Shown here piece by piece: positions 26,631 through 39,909 of a DNA stretch of 64,000 nucleotides (positions within the stretch are counted from its first letter, which is position 1; every line of letters starts with the position of its first letter). Made by a program: the position numbers and the translations under genes. The notes under the pieces were generated by a model that made no database searches, was not told where the DNA came from, and was given only the letters and a program-made list of their open reading frames with translations. Source of the DNA: Felis catus (taxonomy: Eukaryota); NCBI RefSeq assembly GCF_018350175.1, contig NC_058368.1, positions 130,760,001-130,824,000 of the forward strand, written 5' to 3'.

Positions 26631-27195
26631 ATAACATGCTTTAAACAAAACCAGAGCTGCATTTGTTCATAGGCTACCTTTGAGACAAAACCCTTCTCAG
26701 TACTTTACTGAGTACTTTACTCAGTACCCTGTATAGTATGAGATTTTCTGTGTCTTGCTGGTAGGCACAAGCATTATACCTGGGCTTAAGGGATCCTTCC
26801 CATCAGTCCTTTTACGTATTACATACTCAGGTTTAGGTAATTTCTTCAAATGCGTATGTTGATCAAAACTCACCTGAAAGAGTGAGTGACTCTACGATTT
26901 GTACTCTCTAGAGTTCTCTCTCTGTGCAAGCCTCTCTGCCCTGGCACTCTGTTCTATGAATTCTATCTGCTTTGACCTCCCATACTCTCCACTCTACTGA
27001 CAGAGGGCAATCTCTGGATTCTATGTGGGTTCCTCTTCCCTGATCTAAGATTAGCACTTTCTTCACACACTAAACTTGGACAATATTAGTCTGAGACAGT
27101 GTTAGTGCTAACAGTTTACTTCTGGTCTCCTAGCAACCACTATGTATTGTGTAATATCTGTCTTATATCTGCTCTTTTCATGTATCATCTCTCCT

Positions 27196-27225
27196 TTTAA
27201 AATTTATTCTTTAATGTTTATTTTT

Positions 27226-27282
<57 letters not shown>

Positions 27283-27444
27283 GAAGAGTGGGGGGTAGGC
27301 AGAGAAAGAGGGAGACACAGAATCTGAAGCAGTCTCCAGGCTCTGAGATGTTAGCACAGAGCTTGATGCCTGAACTCACAAGCCTTGAGATCGTGACCTG
27401 AGCCAAAGTCAGATGTGTAACCGACTGAGCCACCCAGGTGCCCC
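27196..27444 (-). mobile_element. SINEC with expanded (GA)n
   Basis: Can-SINE consensus. Confidence 0.93.
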
Positions 27445-27784
27445 ATCTCTTTGTTACTTATTTCCGGTTAGAGGATAAATCTAGTTCTTTAAAACATATT
27501 CCAAAGGTTTGTGACAATGATTTATACCAAAGAAGCCAAAGAAGTAGGAACGTTTGCCTCTCCCTCAATATTCTCAAAGCAAATGCCTCCCCTCTTTAAA
27601 GAAGAAAATTGCAGTGATATAGTTGGTCTTCAACTAAATAATACCTTAAGAATAGTTCATTATGTCTCTGATAAGAATAGATGTAAAAAACACAAAGGGT
27701 AAATTGAAATACTGAGTTTGAAACTTTATGCCTTAAAGAAATACCTTTATTGATTCTCTGAGAGCAAGAAGCTTGTTTCAAACA

Positions 27785-28015
27785 GTAGAGAAAGCATTAA
27801 GTCTTGGAATCACACACCATTCTAACAAATTCTGAACCTATCACTTTCTAATCACGTGGTTTTTGAGCATGTTACTTTGGTTCTGTTTTATATTCTCATC
27901 TATAAAATTGAGATACTCTTAGATTTCATAAAAGTTTCCTAAGAGTTAATTAATACAGGTCTACAAAGTTCCTAATACTGTTAGTAGTAAAGAGTATGTA
28001 TTGAGTATATAATAA
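27785..28015 (+). mobile_element. MIR
   Basis: ttgagcatgttacttt...tctcatctataaaattgagata core. Confidence 0.65.
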
Positions 28016-28020
28016 CATTT

Positions 28021-28215
28021 GGGGTGCCTGGGTGGCTCAGTCAATTAAGCATCTTGCTTTTGATTCTGACTCAGGTCTCAATCCCAAAATCAGGGGACTG
28101 AGCCCCATTTTGGGATCTGCTCTGAGTGTGGAGCCTGCTTGGGATTCTCTCTTTTTATCTCTTTCTGCCCCTCTCTCACTCATGCTCTCTTTAAAAATAA
28201 ACAAACATTAAAAAA
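28021..28215 (+). mobile_element. older SINEC
   Basis: Can-SINE consensus. Confidence 0.92.
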
Positions 28216-28269
28216 TACCTCTTGTGATTATTAATATAACTTTGTTGTTAATAAATAGAAGGCAATTTG

Positions 28270-29535
28270 GGCAGCCATCCTTTTTTCCCCAAAGGCTGAG
28301 ATCTTTCACATGTAATTCTCAGATATAATTATTTCATTTATATTGTTATATTTGGTTGTATCATGAATTCGGACATTTTTTTTAATACTGTTCAGTAAGA
28401 AAATCCCTTTGGCTTTCTTTAAGACATGAAATCATGCTAGAATAATTTTTTTTTTTAATTTCTGGAATTGGCCTCCCCTTTGATTCACCAACAGTAATGC
28501 CTGTTGACTGTCTAGGAAATTTTATTTGTTCCAGGTTAAATTTTGCCCAAATAATTTTTTAAGGAAGATAACTGCATTGATATGGTTGGTCTTCACTATA
28601 AACTCCTTTCTAAATGATACTTCCTTGACAATAGCTCATCATGTCTTTTTTTTTCTCTCTATATTGTTATCAATAAGACAAACTATTGTGACAAAAGTCT
28701 TCTTTTCAGTCACAAATTCAGGACAGTAAAGGGTAGATGGGTGCAGCATAGGCATCTACTATGGAGGACAGCATTCATTCTCTGTTTTTATTAATGTCTT
28801 CCTTGCAACAGACCATACAGAAAACATGTACGTGCTTTTTCAAGAAAAAAAAAAGTGCTGGACTTTTTAAGTTTAACTGGTTATCTTTACATTAATGCAG
28901 AGCAATAAAATGAAGGTTCTCAGAGGAAAATATACCTTCCTAAACTTGCTAACTCCTAAGGTGAATTATTGAAAATAGCATATTGGAGAAAGATTGTAGA
29001 TCAAATCCAGTTATGATCATCTAATTTTCCTTTCCTGATAAAAAGTAAAGAAATCCTTCCTACTGCAATTCTACTAGTTCAACTAATTTTATAAATCTAT
29101 CACAGATTCTCTTTTCCTTGTTATTATCATTTCAATTTCAATGTTCTTTTTGTTATCAATGGCTTTTAAATCAATATTCAGTCCATCTGGAAAAATGTAT
29201 CCTCATCATTATATATGAGTTTTTAGTCATAACTGAACATAAAGATGTCCATTTGATTAATAACTTCACAGTATCTATCAAATATAGTTTCTTTCGAGTC
29301 CTTAGTTATCTGGAATATAATATTCCTACTAACCACTTGGGAATTTGCCTCAGGTTCCTTTACTTTCTATTTCTAGTAACAATCCACTCAGATCTTATTT
29401 TATCTTTTTCTATTATTCCTTTTCACTCTTACTGCTTTAAAGTATATTAAACAGGTTTATGTCAATTTTTGTTCTAGTAACTCTCTACATTTTCTCAAGC
29501 TCTTTCTCTTATTAAAAAATGTGGGGGCATTAGCC
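28270..29535 (-). pseudogene. decayed coding-like region (one or two large exons)
   Basis: purine-rich minus strand with stretches such as KEPEANSQVVSRNIIFQITKDSKETIFDRYCEVINQMDIF and WAKFNLEQIKFPRQSTGITVGESKGRPIPEIK, broken by frameshifts; possible donor at 28936 and acceptor at 28801. Confidence 0.3.
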
Positions 29536-30364
29536 CTATACTTCAGGTTAAATAATTTAAAACATTTTATAGCTATTATAAATATTAGATTTTCAAACAT
29601 TAAATAGTACTGATGGCTTAAAAGCTTATTTTAAAAAGTATAGTTTCTACTCACAGTCTTAGAAACATTATAAATTTAGATATTTTTACAATACATGAAA
29701 AAATCTTCCCATTCTCCACTGTTTAAAAGTATTAAAAGAAAAGGTTAACATCTTGTTCTATGACTCTTTTCTACATTCAGGAAATGCTCGGTATTTAAAT
29801 CTTGATTAAATCCTTTTTACAACATTAACCAAAGGGCTGTTATAAAAAAAATTATATGAGACCACAATAAATGAGAATTTAATTATGGACTGTAAACTGG
29901 ACCAAAAACCTGTATATGTAACCAATGAGTTTATATATTAGGTAATTAGTAAATAATATTTATGGGATGTAGCTGTAACACATTAACAAAATTCTGAGGT
30001 GGATACAGGCTTAGATGGTCATGACATACACGGGAGAGAGCTGTATATTCTTGCAGGTATAAAAGTGAAGTGATTCTAGAGCTAAAGACTTATCTGAGCT
30101 GAGGAAGTATTTTCTCACTCAGCTTGATCTTTGGTGACCACTTGTGGTTCAGGTGACTGAGAAGGCAGGAGCATAGTTCTATTGTGTAAAAGCATGCCGT
30201 ATTGCTGCTTGCCCTGTATCCTTTCTATAAACCAAGTAATGTGGTACTTGGTGAAGCCTAGTGTCTTTCATGAGCTTGATGTTCAATCATACACCAAAGC
30301 ATGGCTGTTAGTGAACCATGAAGGATATTTCAAAATGTTATCTTGGCATGGATTTCTACAAGGT

Positions 30365-33020
30365 GATGGTATAGGAAAATCCTGAACTCAGCTTCTCCCA
30401 TGTATGCAACAAATCCACAGCTACATTCTAGATCACTTCTCTCTGAAAAAGATGTGAAAATTAGATGAGCGGATTTCTCCATAAAAAAGGGCAAAAAGAT
30501 CAAATAAAGATGGATCTTGGCATACACCCTGTACAATGGGGACTTATCAAGAATAAATCAGGATATTTGCATCATTAAAAAGTTTTGAAAGACAATGAAG
30601 AGCTAGGGCACTTTGAACAAGAAGTTTCAACCTACACAAGGCCACTCATTTAAGACTGAATTAGGTAGCATGTTCACCTAATACAGAGAAACAAATGCAG
30701 AGTCAAGCAAAATGAGGACAGAGAAATGTATTCTGAATGCAAAAAAACCTTAATGATACAGAGGTAAATAATGTACTGGACAAAGCATTCAAAGTGATTA
30801 TTATAAAGATGCTCAATGCAGAATGAACACAATAAGAACTTCAACAAAGAGACAGAAAAATATAAAAGAGTACCAAACATAAGTTACAGAGATGAAGAAC
30901 TGAAAAATGTAGGAGACTAGATGATGTGGAAAAAATGAAGCAGCAAGCTGGCAGACTAAGCAATGGAACTCACCCAGAGAAGCAAAAAGAAAACAAAAAA
31001 ATTAAGTGAATATGACTTAAAGGACTTATTGGACAACATCAAGTGGAATACTGTTTCCACTCAAGGGGTCCTAGAAAGAGAAGAAAGAGGTATAAAACTT
31101 GAATAATGACTAAAAACTTCCCTAATCTGGGGAATGAAACCGATATCCAGGTCCAAGAAGCTAAGACAGTCACAATAAGATGAATACAAAGATGAAGCAT
31201 AAGAGAAACCACATTATGTTATCAGCATATTTCTCAGCAGGATCTTTTTAAATCCAAAGGAAGTGGCATAACATATTCAATTGCTGACAGGAAAAAAGTT
31301 CCAACAAAGAATACTCTACCCAGCAAGGTTATCATTCAGAATTGAAAGAGAGATAACAAGTTTTCCAGACTCATTACATAAGTCAACCTTACAAGAAATA
31401 TTAAAAGGACTTATTTAAGTTGAGAAGTGTCACTAATAAGAAGAAAATATGTAAAAGTAAAAATCTCATTGGAAAAGGTAAATATACAGTTAAGTAGTAG
31501 ATTAATTATTATAAATCTATGGAAATGGTTTAAACACAAAAGTGGTAAAATTAAACCACAATAATCAGTTTAGGGAAATCAAAACAAAAATACATAAAAT
31601 GTGACATCAAAAACAAAACATATGGGAGTAAAAATATAGTTTTGGATTATGTTCACATTTCAGTCGCTATAAATTTAAAATTGACTCTTACAGGGGCACC
31701 TAGGTGGCTCAGTCAGTTAACCATCCGACTTTGGCTCAGGTCATGATCTTGAGGTTTGTGGGTTTGAGCCTCTCATTGGGCTCTGTGCTGACAGCTCAGA
31801 GGCTGGAACCTGCTTCAATTATGTGTCTCCCTCTCTCTCTTCCCCTCCCCTGCTCACACTCTGTCTCTCCCTCTCTGTCTCGAATTAAATAAAGATAATA
31901 ATAAAAAAATTTAAAAAATAAAATAAAACAGACTGTGATATACTGAAGATGATATATGTGAACCTCATGTGATGACAAAAAAAAATTAATGGTAATACAC
32001 TAAAGAAAATGAAAAAGGAATCCAAGCAAAATATTAAAGTAAGTCACCCAACTGCAAGGGAATAAAGAGAAAAAGAAAGGAATAGACAGGATCTACCAAA
32101 TAGCCAGAAAATAATTAGCAAAATAACAATAGCTATACACCTATCAATAATTACTTTAAATGTAAATTGACTAAATTCTCCAATCAAACAACAGAGACTG
32201 GCTAAGCAGATAAAATAACAAGGCTCATATACCTGCTGTCTACAAGAGACTCACTTCAGAAATACTGACACACAGAGACTGAAAATGAAAGGATGGGGGA
32301 AGATATTCCATGCAAATGAAAATTATAAAAAAGCTGGTGTAGCTCTACTCATATTAGACAAAAAAAGACTTCAAAATGAGGGCTGTAGTAAGACAAAGAG
32401 GGAAATTTTATAATGATAAAGAGGTCAATCCAGCAAGAAGATACAACATTTATCAATATACATGCACCAAACATACAAGCACCAAGACACGTAAAGGAAA
32501 TACTAAGAAAACTAAAGGGAGAACTGAAAGTAATACAGTAATAGCAGGTGACTTTAACACCCCATTTACATCAATGAACAGGTCATCCAGACAGAAAATC
32601 AAGGAAACATTAGCCTTAAACAACACATGAGACCAGATGAACTTAACAGATAAATACATAATGTTTCATCCAAAAGCAACAGAAAATATATTCTTCTTAA
32701 ATGCATATGGAACATTCTCCAGGATAGATCACATGTTAGGCCACAAAGCAAGTCTCAGTAAATTCAAGATATATGAAATCTTATCAAGTATTTTTTCTTC
32801 CCACAATGGTATGAAACTAGAAATCAATTATAAGGAGAAAACTGGAAAAACTACAAACATGTGGAGGTTAGACAGCATGTTACTTAACAACTACTGGGTC
32901 ACAGAAGAAATCAAAGGAGAAATTAAAAAAAAAAAGAAAACAAATACAACATACCAATATCTAGGAGATCTAACAAAAGCAGTTCTAAAATGATAGTCTA
33001 TAGCAATACAGACCCATACA
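30365..33020 (+). mobile_element. LINE-1 5' UTR, ORF1 and ORF2 endonuclease (degraded)
   Basis: ORFs with NTVIAGDFNTPFTSM and AYGTFSRIDHMLGHK. Confidence 0.92.
31693..31925 (+). mobile_element. SINEC inside L1
   Basis: Can-SINE consensus. Confidence 0.93.
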
Positions 33021-33174
33021 TATCAAAATCACTTTAAAATCAATGTAGTTAGTAAATAAATGTTTATGGTAAAAATGTTAGTGGAAAAAATATGACGACT
33101 GATTTTCATACCTTATTTTAGGATTGTGGAAGACAAGAAGGCAAAGCAAATAATTAAGGTTTCTATTTGCATTG

Positions 33175-33401
33175 TTTTTTTTTTTTTTTTTTTTTTTTTT
33201 TTGAGAGAGAGAGAGAGAGAGAATGAGAATGAAAGAACACGAGCAGGGGAGAGGGGCAAAGGGACAGAGACAGAGAATCTTAAGCAGCCTCCATGCTCAA
33301 GTGTGGAGTCTGACACAGGGCTTGATCAGACCACCCTGAGATTATGACCTGAGCCAAAATCAAGAGTCAGACTCTCAACTGACTGAGCCAGCCAGGCACC
33401 C
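33175..33401 (-). mobile_element. SINEC
   Basis: poly-T tail; TSD-like ttgcatt. Confidence 0.92.
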
Positions 33402-33563
33402 TTACTTGCATTATTAAGAAGGCTATTCATCAGAAGTGAACCAGTGAATTAATTAGGGTCATTTTAAATTAAGGAATATTACTGGCATTTAATATATGTT
33501 TAGTGAATGAATAAATGGTGTATTTTTTTGACTGGAGGAGAATAAATGTCTGGTTTAAAATTT

Positions 33564-36150
33564 CCAACATCTCTGATGAACAAAGATTCAAAAATCTTCA
33601 ACAAAAGATTAGCAATATTATTTCAACAGTATGTTAAAATTATCATACACCATGACCAAAGTGGAATTTATACTTGTGAGGCAAAGATCATTCAACATGC
33701 ACAAATCAAGTAATGTGTCACAACATGAATTAAAATCATATAGTCATCTTGAAATATGCAAAAAATGGGTATTTGATAACATTCAACATCCTTCCATGAC
33801 AAAATCTCAACAAAAGGAAACGAACTTAACATAGTAAAGGTCATATATGAAAAGCCCTAACATCATATTCAACGGTGAAGAACTTAGTTTTCCTTTAATG
33901 TCAAGAACAAGACATGGATGCCCACATTCACCACTTCTTTTCAACATAGTACTTGAAGTTCTACCCAAAGCAATTAGGCAAGAAAAAGAAAAAAACCTTA
34001 TGAATCGGAAAGGAAAAGTACAATTATCTCTTTGCCAATGACACGACTTATATATAGAACACTAAAGAAGCCACAAAAATCATCAGAAAATTCAGTAAAG
34101 CTGAAGGATGCAATTCAACATGCAAATGTCAGTCACATTTCTATACACTAACAATAAACTATCTGAAAAGGAAATGAGGAAAACAATCTCATTTATAATA
34201 GCATCAAAAAGTACAAAACCTTTAGGGACAATCTTAATGAGGTGAAAGACTTGTACTATAAAAATTATAAAACATTAATGAAAAAAATTCAAGAAGACAA
34301 ATGGAAAGATATTCCAAGTTCACAGATTAAAGAATTAATTTTGTTAAAATACTCATACTACCCAATGTGATCTGCAAGATTTAGATTGATGCAATCTTTA
34401 TAGAAATTCTAATGTCATTTTTCACAAAAATAGGAAAAAAATCCCCAAGTTCCTATGGAATGACAAAAGACTCAGAACTGCCAAAACAATCCTAAACGAG
34501 AAGAACAAAATTGAAGATATTTACTTCTTGATTTCAGAATACCTTTAAAAGCCACAGTAATCAAAATAGTATGGTGCTAGCAATAAATACAGACATATAG
34601 CCCAAATGAACAGAATAGGAAATAAACCTAAGCACAAGCGTTCATTCAATCTACAACGAGTGTGCCAAAAATACATAAGAGGGACAAGACAGTCTGTTCA
34701 GTAAATGGTGTTTAGAAAACTGGACATCCACATGTAAAAGGCCCTTAACAATGCTATATACAAAAATTAACTGAAAACAGAGATGGATTAAACACTTAAA
34801 CATAACATTTTGGAATCATAACATTTCTCTAAGATAACAGAAGACAAAATCCTCATGACACTGAGCTTTGCAATAATATCTTTAATATGACACCAAATGC
34901 ACAAGCAACCAAAGTCAAACAAACAAGAGGGACTACAGCAAACTAAGCAGCGTCTGCATAGCAAAAAAAATAATCAACAGAGTGAAAAAGCAACCTATGG
35001 AATGGGAGAGAATATTTGCAAACCATACATGTAATAAAAGTTTAATATCCAAAATGCATACAGAACTCATACAACTCAATAGAGAAGAATTTAATAATGT
35101 GACTTTAAAATGAGCCAAAGATATGATAGACTTTTCTCCAAAGAAGGTATACAAATGGCCAAGAAGCATATAAAAAGATTTTCAACAACACTAATCATCA
35201 GGAAATGCAAATCAAAATCACAATGAGATACCACTCCACATCTGTTAACATGACTATTATTAAAAAATACAAGTGTTGATGAGGATGTGAAGAAATGGGG
35301 ACTCTTGCACACTGCTGCTGGAACGTATTGGTGTACCTGTTATGGAAACCAGTATAGACATTCTTGAAAAAATTAAAAACAGAATTAGCATATGATCTAA
35401 CAATTCCGCTCCTGGGTATATATCTAAAAGAATAGATATCAAGATCATGAAGAGATATATGAAGTCCTGTGTTTGTTGCAGCATTACTCAAAATAGCCAA
35501 AAATGACAACAACCAAAATATCCATCAACAGAAGAATGGATAGAAAAATCATCTTACACATATACATTAGATTATTATTCAGCCTTTAAAAATGAGCCAA
35601 TTATGCAATATTTAACAATGGGGAAGAATCCCGACAACAGTATTCTATGTGAAAAAGGGCAGGCACAGAAGGACAAATACTGCATGATTCCACTTATATG
35701 AGGTTAAAGACTAACTCATGGAAAAAGAGTGAAATGGTATGGTTGCCAGGGTTATGAGAAAGGGTGGGGGCGGGGGGGAGTTTGTTCAACAGGTATGAAG
35801 TTTCATTTATAGCAGATAAATAAGTTCTAGAGATCTGCTGTAAAACAGTGTGCCTATAGTCAACAATAATCTATTGCACACTAGACGGGGAGTGATAGGT
35901 ACTGGCTTCCAGTTATGCAATGATTAAGCGATAGAGATAAAAGGTACAGCAAAGGGAACGTAGTCAACGTATTATAATATTGCTGTATGGTGACAGATGG
36001 CAGCTACATTTACGATGAGCATAACATAATGTACAGACTTGTCCATCAGTATGCTGCACACCTGAAATGTTAACATTTTATCTCAACTGTACTTCAGTAA
36101 AAATAGTTTAAGAATAGGTCCCATGTTGTGCTCTTATCACAAAAAATAAG
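33564..36150 (+). mobile_element. LINE-1 ORF2 RT to 3' UTR (L1MA-like), with a second L1 3' end nested at about 35885-36103
   Basis: [21 protein letters not shown] motif; two 3' UTR types. Confidence 0.92.
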
Positions 36151-36487
36151 AGTAAAAATAGTTTTAAAAATATGTAAATTAAGTGCTCAAAGAAAATCCA
36201 ACAACAATAGCAATAAAACTAATGTAGCTTTCTCTAAAAGATTATCAATCCTTTCAGTAAATACTTTGGATATTATTTATGCCCTTAACAATATGTTAGG
36301 AACTAGGTGCAATGTAATTCCTGATCTCCATAAGCTTAGACTTGAATTAAAACAAAACCAAATTTAAAAAAAATTACATAGAATTATACAAAATGGCCTA
36401 TTGCTGATAAGTCTCTGACTCTTTTATTATACTTTTATGTTAATAAGGGTCTGGCCTTGGGAGAGATAATGATACTTGGAGCCTTAC

Positions 36488-36606
36488 TTCAAGTAAATCA
36501 TAAACTGACAGATTTTCAAGCTGTAGTCTAATTTAGAAAGCAAAAGTTCAAATATCTGAAGCAACACGATCAACTTCCTACGAGGGCAGTTGCCTTTGAA
36601 ATAGAC
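36488..36606 (-). CDS. putative coding exon, unknown protein (119 nt)
   Basis: atttatgtttaag|G...GAA|gtaagg; only open frame VYFKGNCPRRKLIVLLQIFELLLSKLDYSLKICQFMIYL; phase matches the upstream exon. Confidence 0.6.
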
Positions 36607-37131
36607 CTTAAACATAAATGGATATATTTTTACTCTGACAGACAGAACATTGTATTTCTTGGGTAAACTTGAAAATTTTTCTAATTTAAAAAATGTTGGC
36701 ACTCTTCAAGTCATAGCTCTAACAAATCCAGTTGTGTGTGCTTTTTATTTAGTGCCAAATATTAGATTGCGAATGGAAAAATAAAGACTATTAACTAGGT
36801 GTTTTCAACTTGGAGATTTCACAGCAGCACAAGAACAAAACAAAATGTAATTTTTTTCATATCACAGATTTCATTGTTATTATCTACCTTTTAATGCCTA
36901 GTACATCATGCATTTCAATACTGTCCTGTTTCCCAAAAAGGAACACTGCAAAGGAGATTTTTAATTATTAAAAGACTTTCTAGTCATCAAATAATTTTTT
37001 CTTCCATTATTTACAAAGTAATACCCTGTTTCATTTTTATGCAGTAACAGATACTTGATCGTATTTTCCTTTTTTTACAACACACTTCTTACAATATCAC
37101 ATATTCTCAGTTTTTTTTAGACTTTGTTTAC

Positions 37132-37244
37132 CACATTCATTTTCATTTCAAATGTTTGCAAATCACAAGAAAAATTCAAGACCATTTCATCCAGATGATT
37201 TGAATTCCATTCTTTTGATTTTTGCTTTTGCATCCCTTTCAATT
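37132..37244 (-). CDS. putative coding exon, unknown protein (113 nt)
   Basis: tttgttttgatccttcag|A...GTG|gtaaac; only open frame LKGMQKQKSKEWNSNHLDEMVLNFSCDLQTFEMKMNV. Confidence 0.6.
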
Positions 37245-37402
37245 CTGAAGGATCAAAACAAATTAAACCATATTAAGAGTGGAGTTTTATTTTGAAGTGT
37301 TTTGACTTGCAAGGCACTGTCCACAAACTGAATTTTAAGGAGTTAAACTATATTCCTTGATAAAATTACCACTAACTGCATAAAGTTAATAATGCGTATT
37401 AC

Positions 37403-37445
37403 CTCTCCTAGTGTTGGATTTTACTAAAAAATTTACCTTGTATTC
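37403..37445 (-). CDS. putative exon (43 nt)
   Basis: cccttattcagtttag|G...GAG|gtaata; EYKVNFLVKSNTRR, phase 0 to 1, bridges its neighbours. Confidence 0.4.
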
Positions 37446-37706
37446 CTAAACTGAATAAGGGAATAATACAGGTTGGTAATTCTTTCACAGTAATCAGCAA
37501 GAAGGTCACTAAAGAAAGTGGTTTTGCCCATCTTAGTTCAAAGTTATTCTGAGAATTAGGTAAACAAAATGAAATATATGGGAACATATTCTAAACCGAA
37601 TTTGACTATAAGGTATTCTTCTGTAAATTCCTACAGAAAGGACTGTATTCCAAAAATTCATTTGTAATAATACTATCTTAGGTCTTTTCAGCTAATTTTA
37701 GCTTAC

Positions 37707-37775
37707 CATTTAAGTTAAACACAAAAAAATTATTTCAACAATGCTGACATCGGATAGAATTTTTAAACATTTCTT
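37707..37775 (-). pseudogene. putative exon (69 nt) with a stop in every frame, ending in ATG
   Basis: catttcctgtgtag|A...TAAATG|gtaagc. Confidence 0.45.
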
Positions 37776-38534
37776 CTACACAGGAAATGTCAGAATATCC
37801 ATCTTTCTGGCTAGTTAGGATTTGTTTTCAACTAGGACTCCAATCAGCAAGTGATGCCGACAGCCAAAAAGAATTTTGTCCTCACCAAGCCCAAAGAAAC
37901 ATTCCCGTGTAAGATGTAGGCTACAAAGGCACCGAAAAAAATAGGTCGTCAATTTACAGCTGGATAAATAGGCTTATGGTAAGATAATATACACATACAT
38001 TTACTTAATAGAATTAGCAAATTCATTTTTCAAAATCTTATTTTTATTTTGTAGCTTGAATTGTAATTGACATACAACATGGTATAAGTTTAAGGTACAC
38101 AATGTGATGACTTGATATACATAAATATTGCAAAATTTACCACAATAAGATCAGGTAACACATCCATCACCTCACATAGTTACAACTTTTTGTGTTTGCT
38201 GAGAACTTTTAAGATTTACTCTGTTAGCAACATTCAAATATGCACTACACTACGATTAACTATAGTCATCATTCTGTACCTTATATCCCAAAATCTTATT
38301 TATCTTAAAGCTCAAACTTTTTATCCTTTGACTACCTTCACTGATTTCCCCCACCCTTCCTCTGTCCCTGAGAATCACCAATTCATTCAATGTTTCTAGG
38401 AGTTTGGTTTTTTGAAATTCCATCTATAAGTGGTATCATAAGTATTCTAAAAAACACTTGTCTCTAACTCATTTCACTTGGTATAATGCTCTTCAGATTT
38501 ATTTATGCTGTTGCAAGCAGGATTTTCATATAAA

Positions 38535-38678
38535 TATATATATATTTTTGTATATATATGTGAAAATTTATATGAATATATACATATTGTCATGTGTGTG
38601 TATATATGTGTATATATATATTTTTTTCACATATATATGTATACATACATGTGTACACACACACACACACACACACAT
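38535..38678. repeat. compound (TA/TG/CA)n at SINE tail
   Basis: visible arrays. Confidence 0.85.
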
Positions 38679-38679
38679 A

Positions 38680-38853
38680 TTTTATCTATTTTTGAGAGAG
38701 AACAGGGGAGTGGAAGAGAGAGAAGAGGAGAAAGAGAATCCCAAGGAGGCTTCACAATGACTGATGTGGGGCTCAACCTCATGAACCGTGAGATCATAAC
38801 CTCAACTGAAATCAAGAGTTAGAGGCTTAAATGACTAAGCCACCCAGGTGCCC
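38680..38853 (-). mobile_element. SINEC
   Basis: diverged Can-SINE. Confidence 0.9.
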
Positions 38854-39757
38854 TGGATTTTCTACTTCTTTATAGCTGCATAATATTCCATTGCACATAT
38901 ATACCATTGTTTATTTATCAAGTCATCCATTGATGGACACTTCGATTGTTTTCACGTCTTGGCTAGTGTAAATAATGCTTTGAACATGGAGATGCAGATA
39001 TGTCTTTAGGATAGTGATTTAAGGACTCCTTAGATTGTTTTCCTTAGAGGCTGTACCAATTAACATTGCTACCAGCAGTGCACAGATCCTTGTCAGTACT
39101 ATTTTTTGGTTTTCTTGTCACAGACATTCTAACAGCTGAGATGATGCTTCATTCTGGTTTTGATATGCATTCCCCTGATAACTACTGATGTTGAGTACCT
39201 TTTCATGTACCTGTTGGCCATTTGAGTATCTTTGGAAAAATGTTTATTCAGGTCCCGTATCAACATTTTAATGAGCTCTTTTGCTATAGAATTGTACGAA
39301 TTTTTCACATAATTTGGATATTAACCCAAGTATATTATCAGATATGTGGTTTATGAATATCATCTCCCATTCTTTAGGTTGCCTTTGCATTTTATCATTT
39401 CTTTTGTATGTGGAAGGTTTTATTTTGATTTAAACTTTATTTTTCTTTTAATTGTTTATGCTTTTAATATCATATCTAAAATAATTATTATCAACATCAA
39501 TGTCAAGGAACTTTTCCCCTATGTATTCTTTAAGGAGTTTTGAGTTTCAGGTCTTACATTTATGTCTTTAATACATTTCTATTTAATTTTTTATGAGTGA
39601 TATAATTCCAACATCCAGTTTTGCATGTGACTATTATTTTCCCACTACTATTTATTGTAGAGACTATCCTTTCCCCATTGTATATTCTCATCTCCTTGTC
39701 AAAGATGAATTTGTATGTGCATGGGTTTATTTCTAGGCTTACAATTCTGTTTCATTG

Positions 39758-39848
39758 CAATTCGTCAAGGCAAAGAAACAGAAGCCATCCAGATTAGAAA
39801 TGAAAAAGTAAAACTATATCTGTTTGTAATACAATAATTATATATATA

Positions 39849-39909
<61 letters not shown>

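Larger units (their letters stand above)
24500..27480 (-). mobile_element. older L1M fragments (ORF2 to 5' region)
   Basis: T-rich L1 antisense motifs; 5'-region motifs at 26640-27200. Confidence 0.65.
38040..39762 (-). mobile_element. LINE-1 3' part (L1MA-like)
   Basis: 3' UTR at left, ORF2 C-terminal homology to the right. Confidence 0.92.

Noticed and set aside
36488..37244. Assigning the peptide to a known gene (e.g. MLKL or DDX60)
   Set aside because: Only scattered short word matches from memory; no convincing alignment
37735..37737. Selenocysteine recoding of the TGA after CxxC
   Set aside because: No SECIS identified, and the locus has many other stops; a nonsense mutation is simpler
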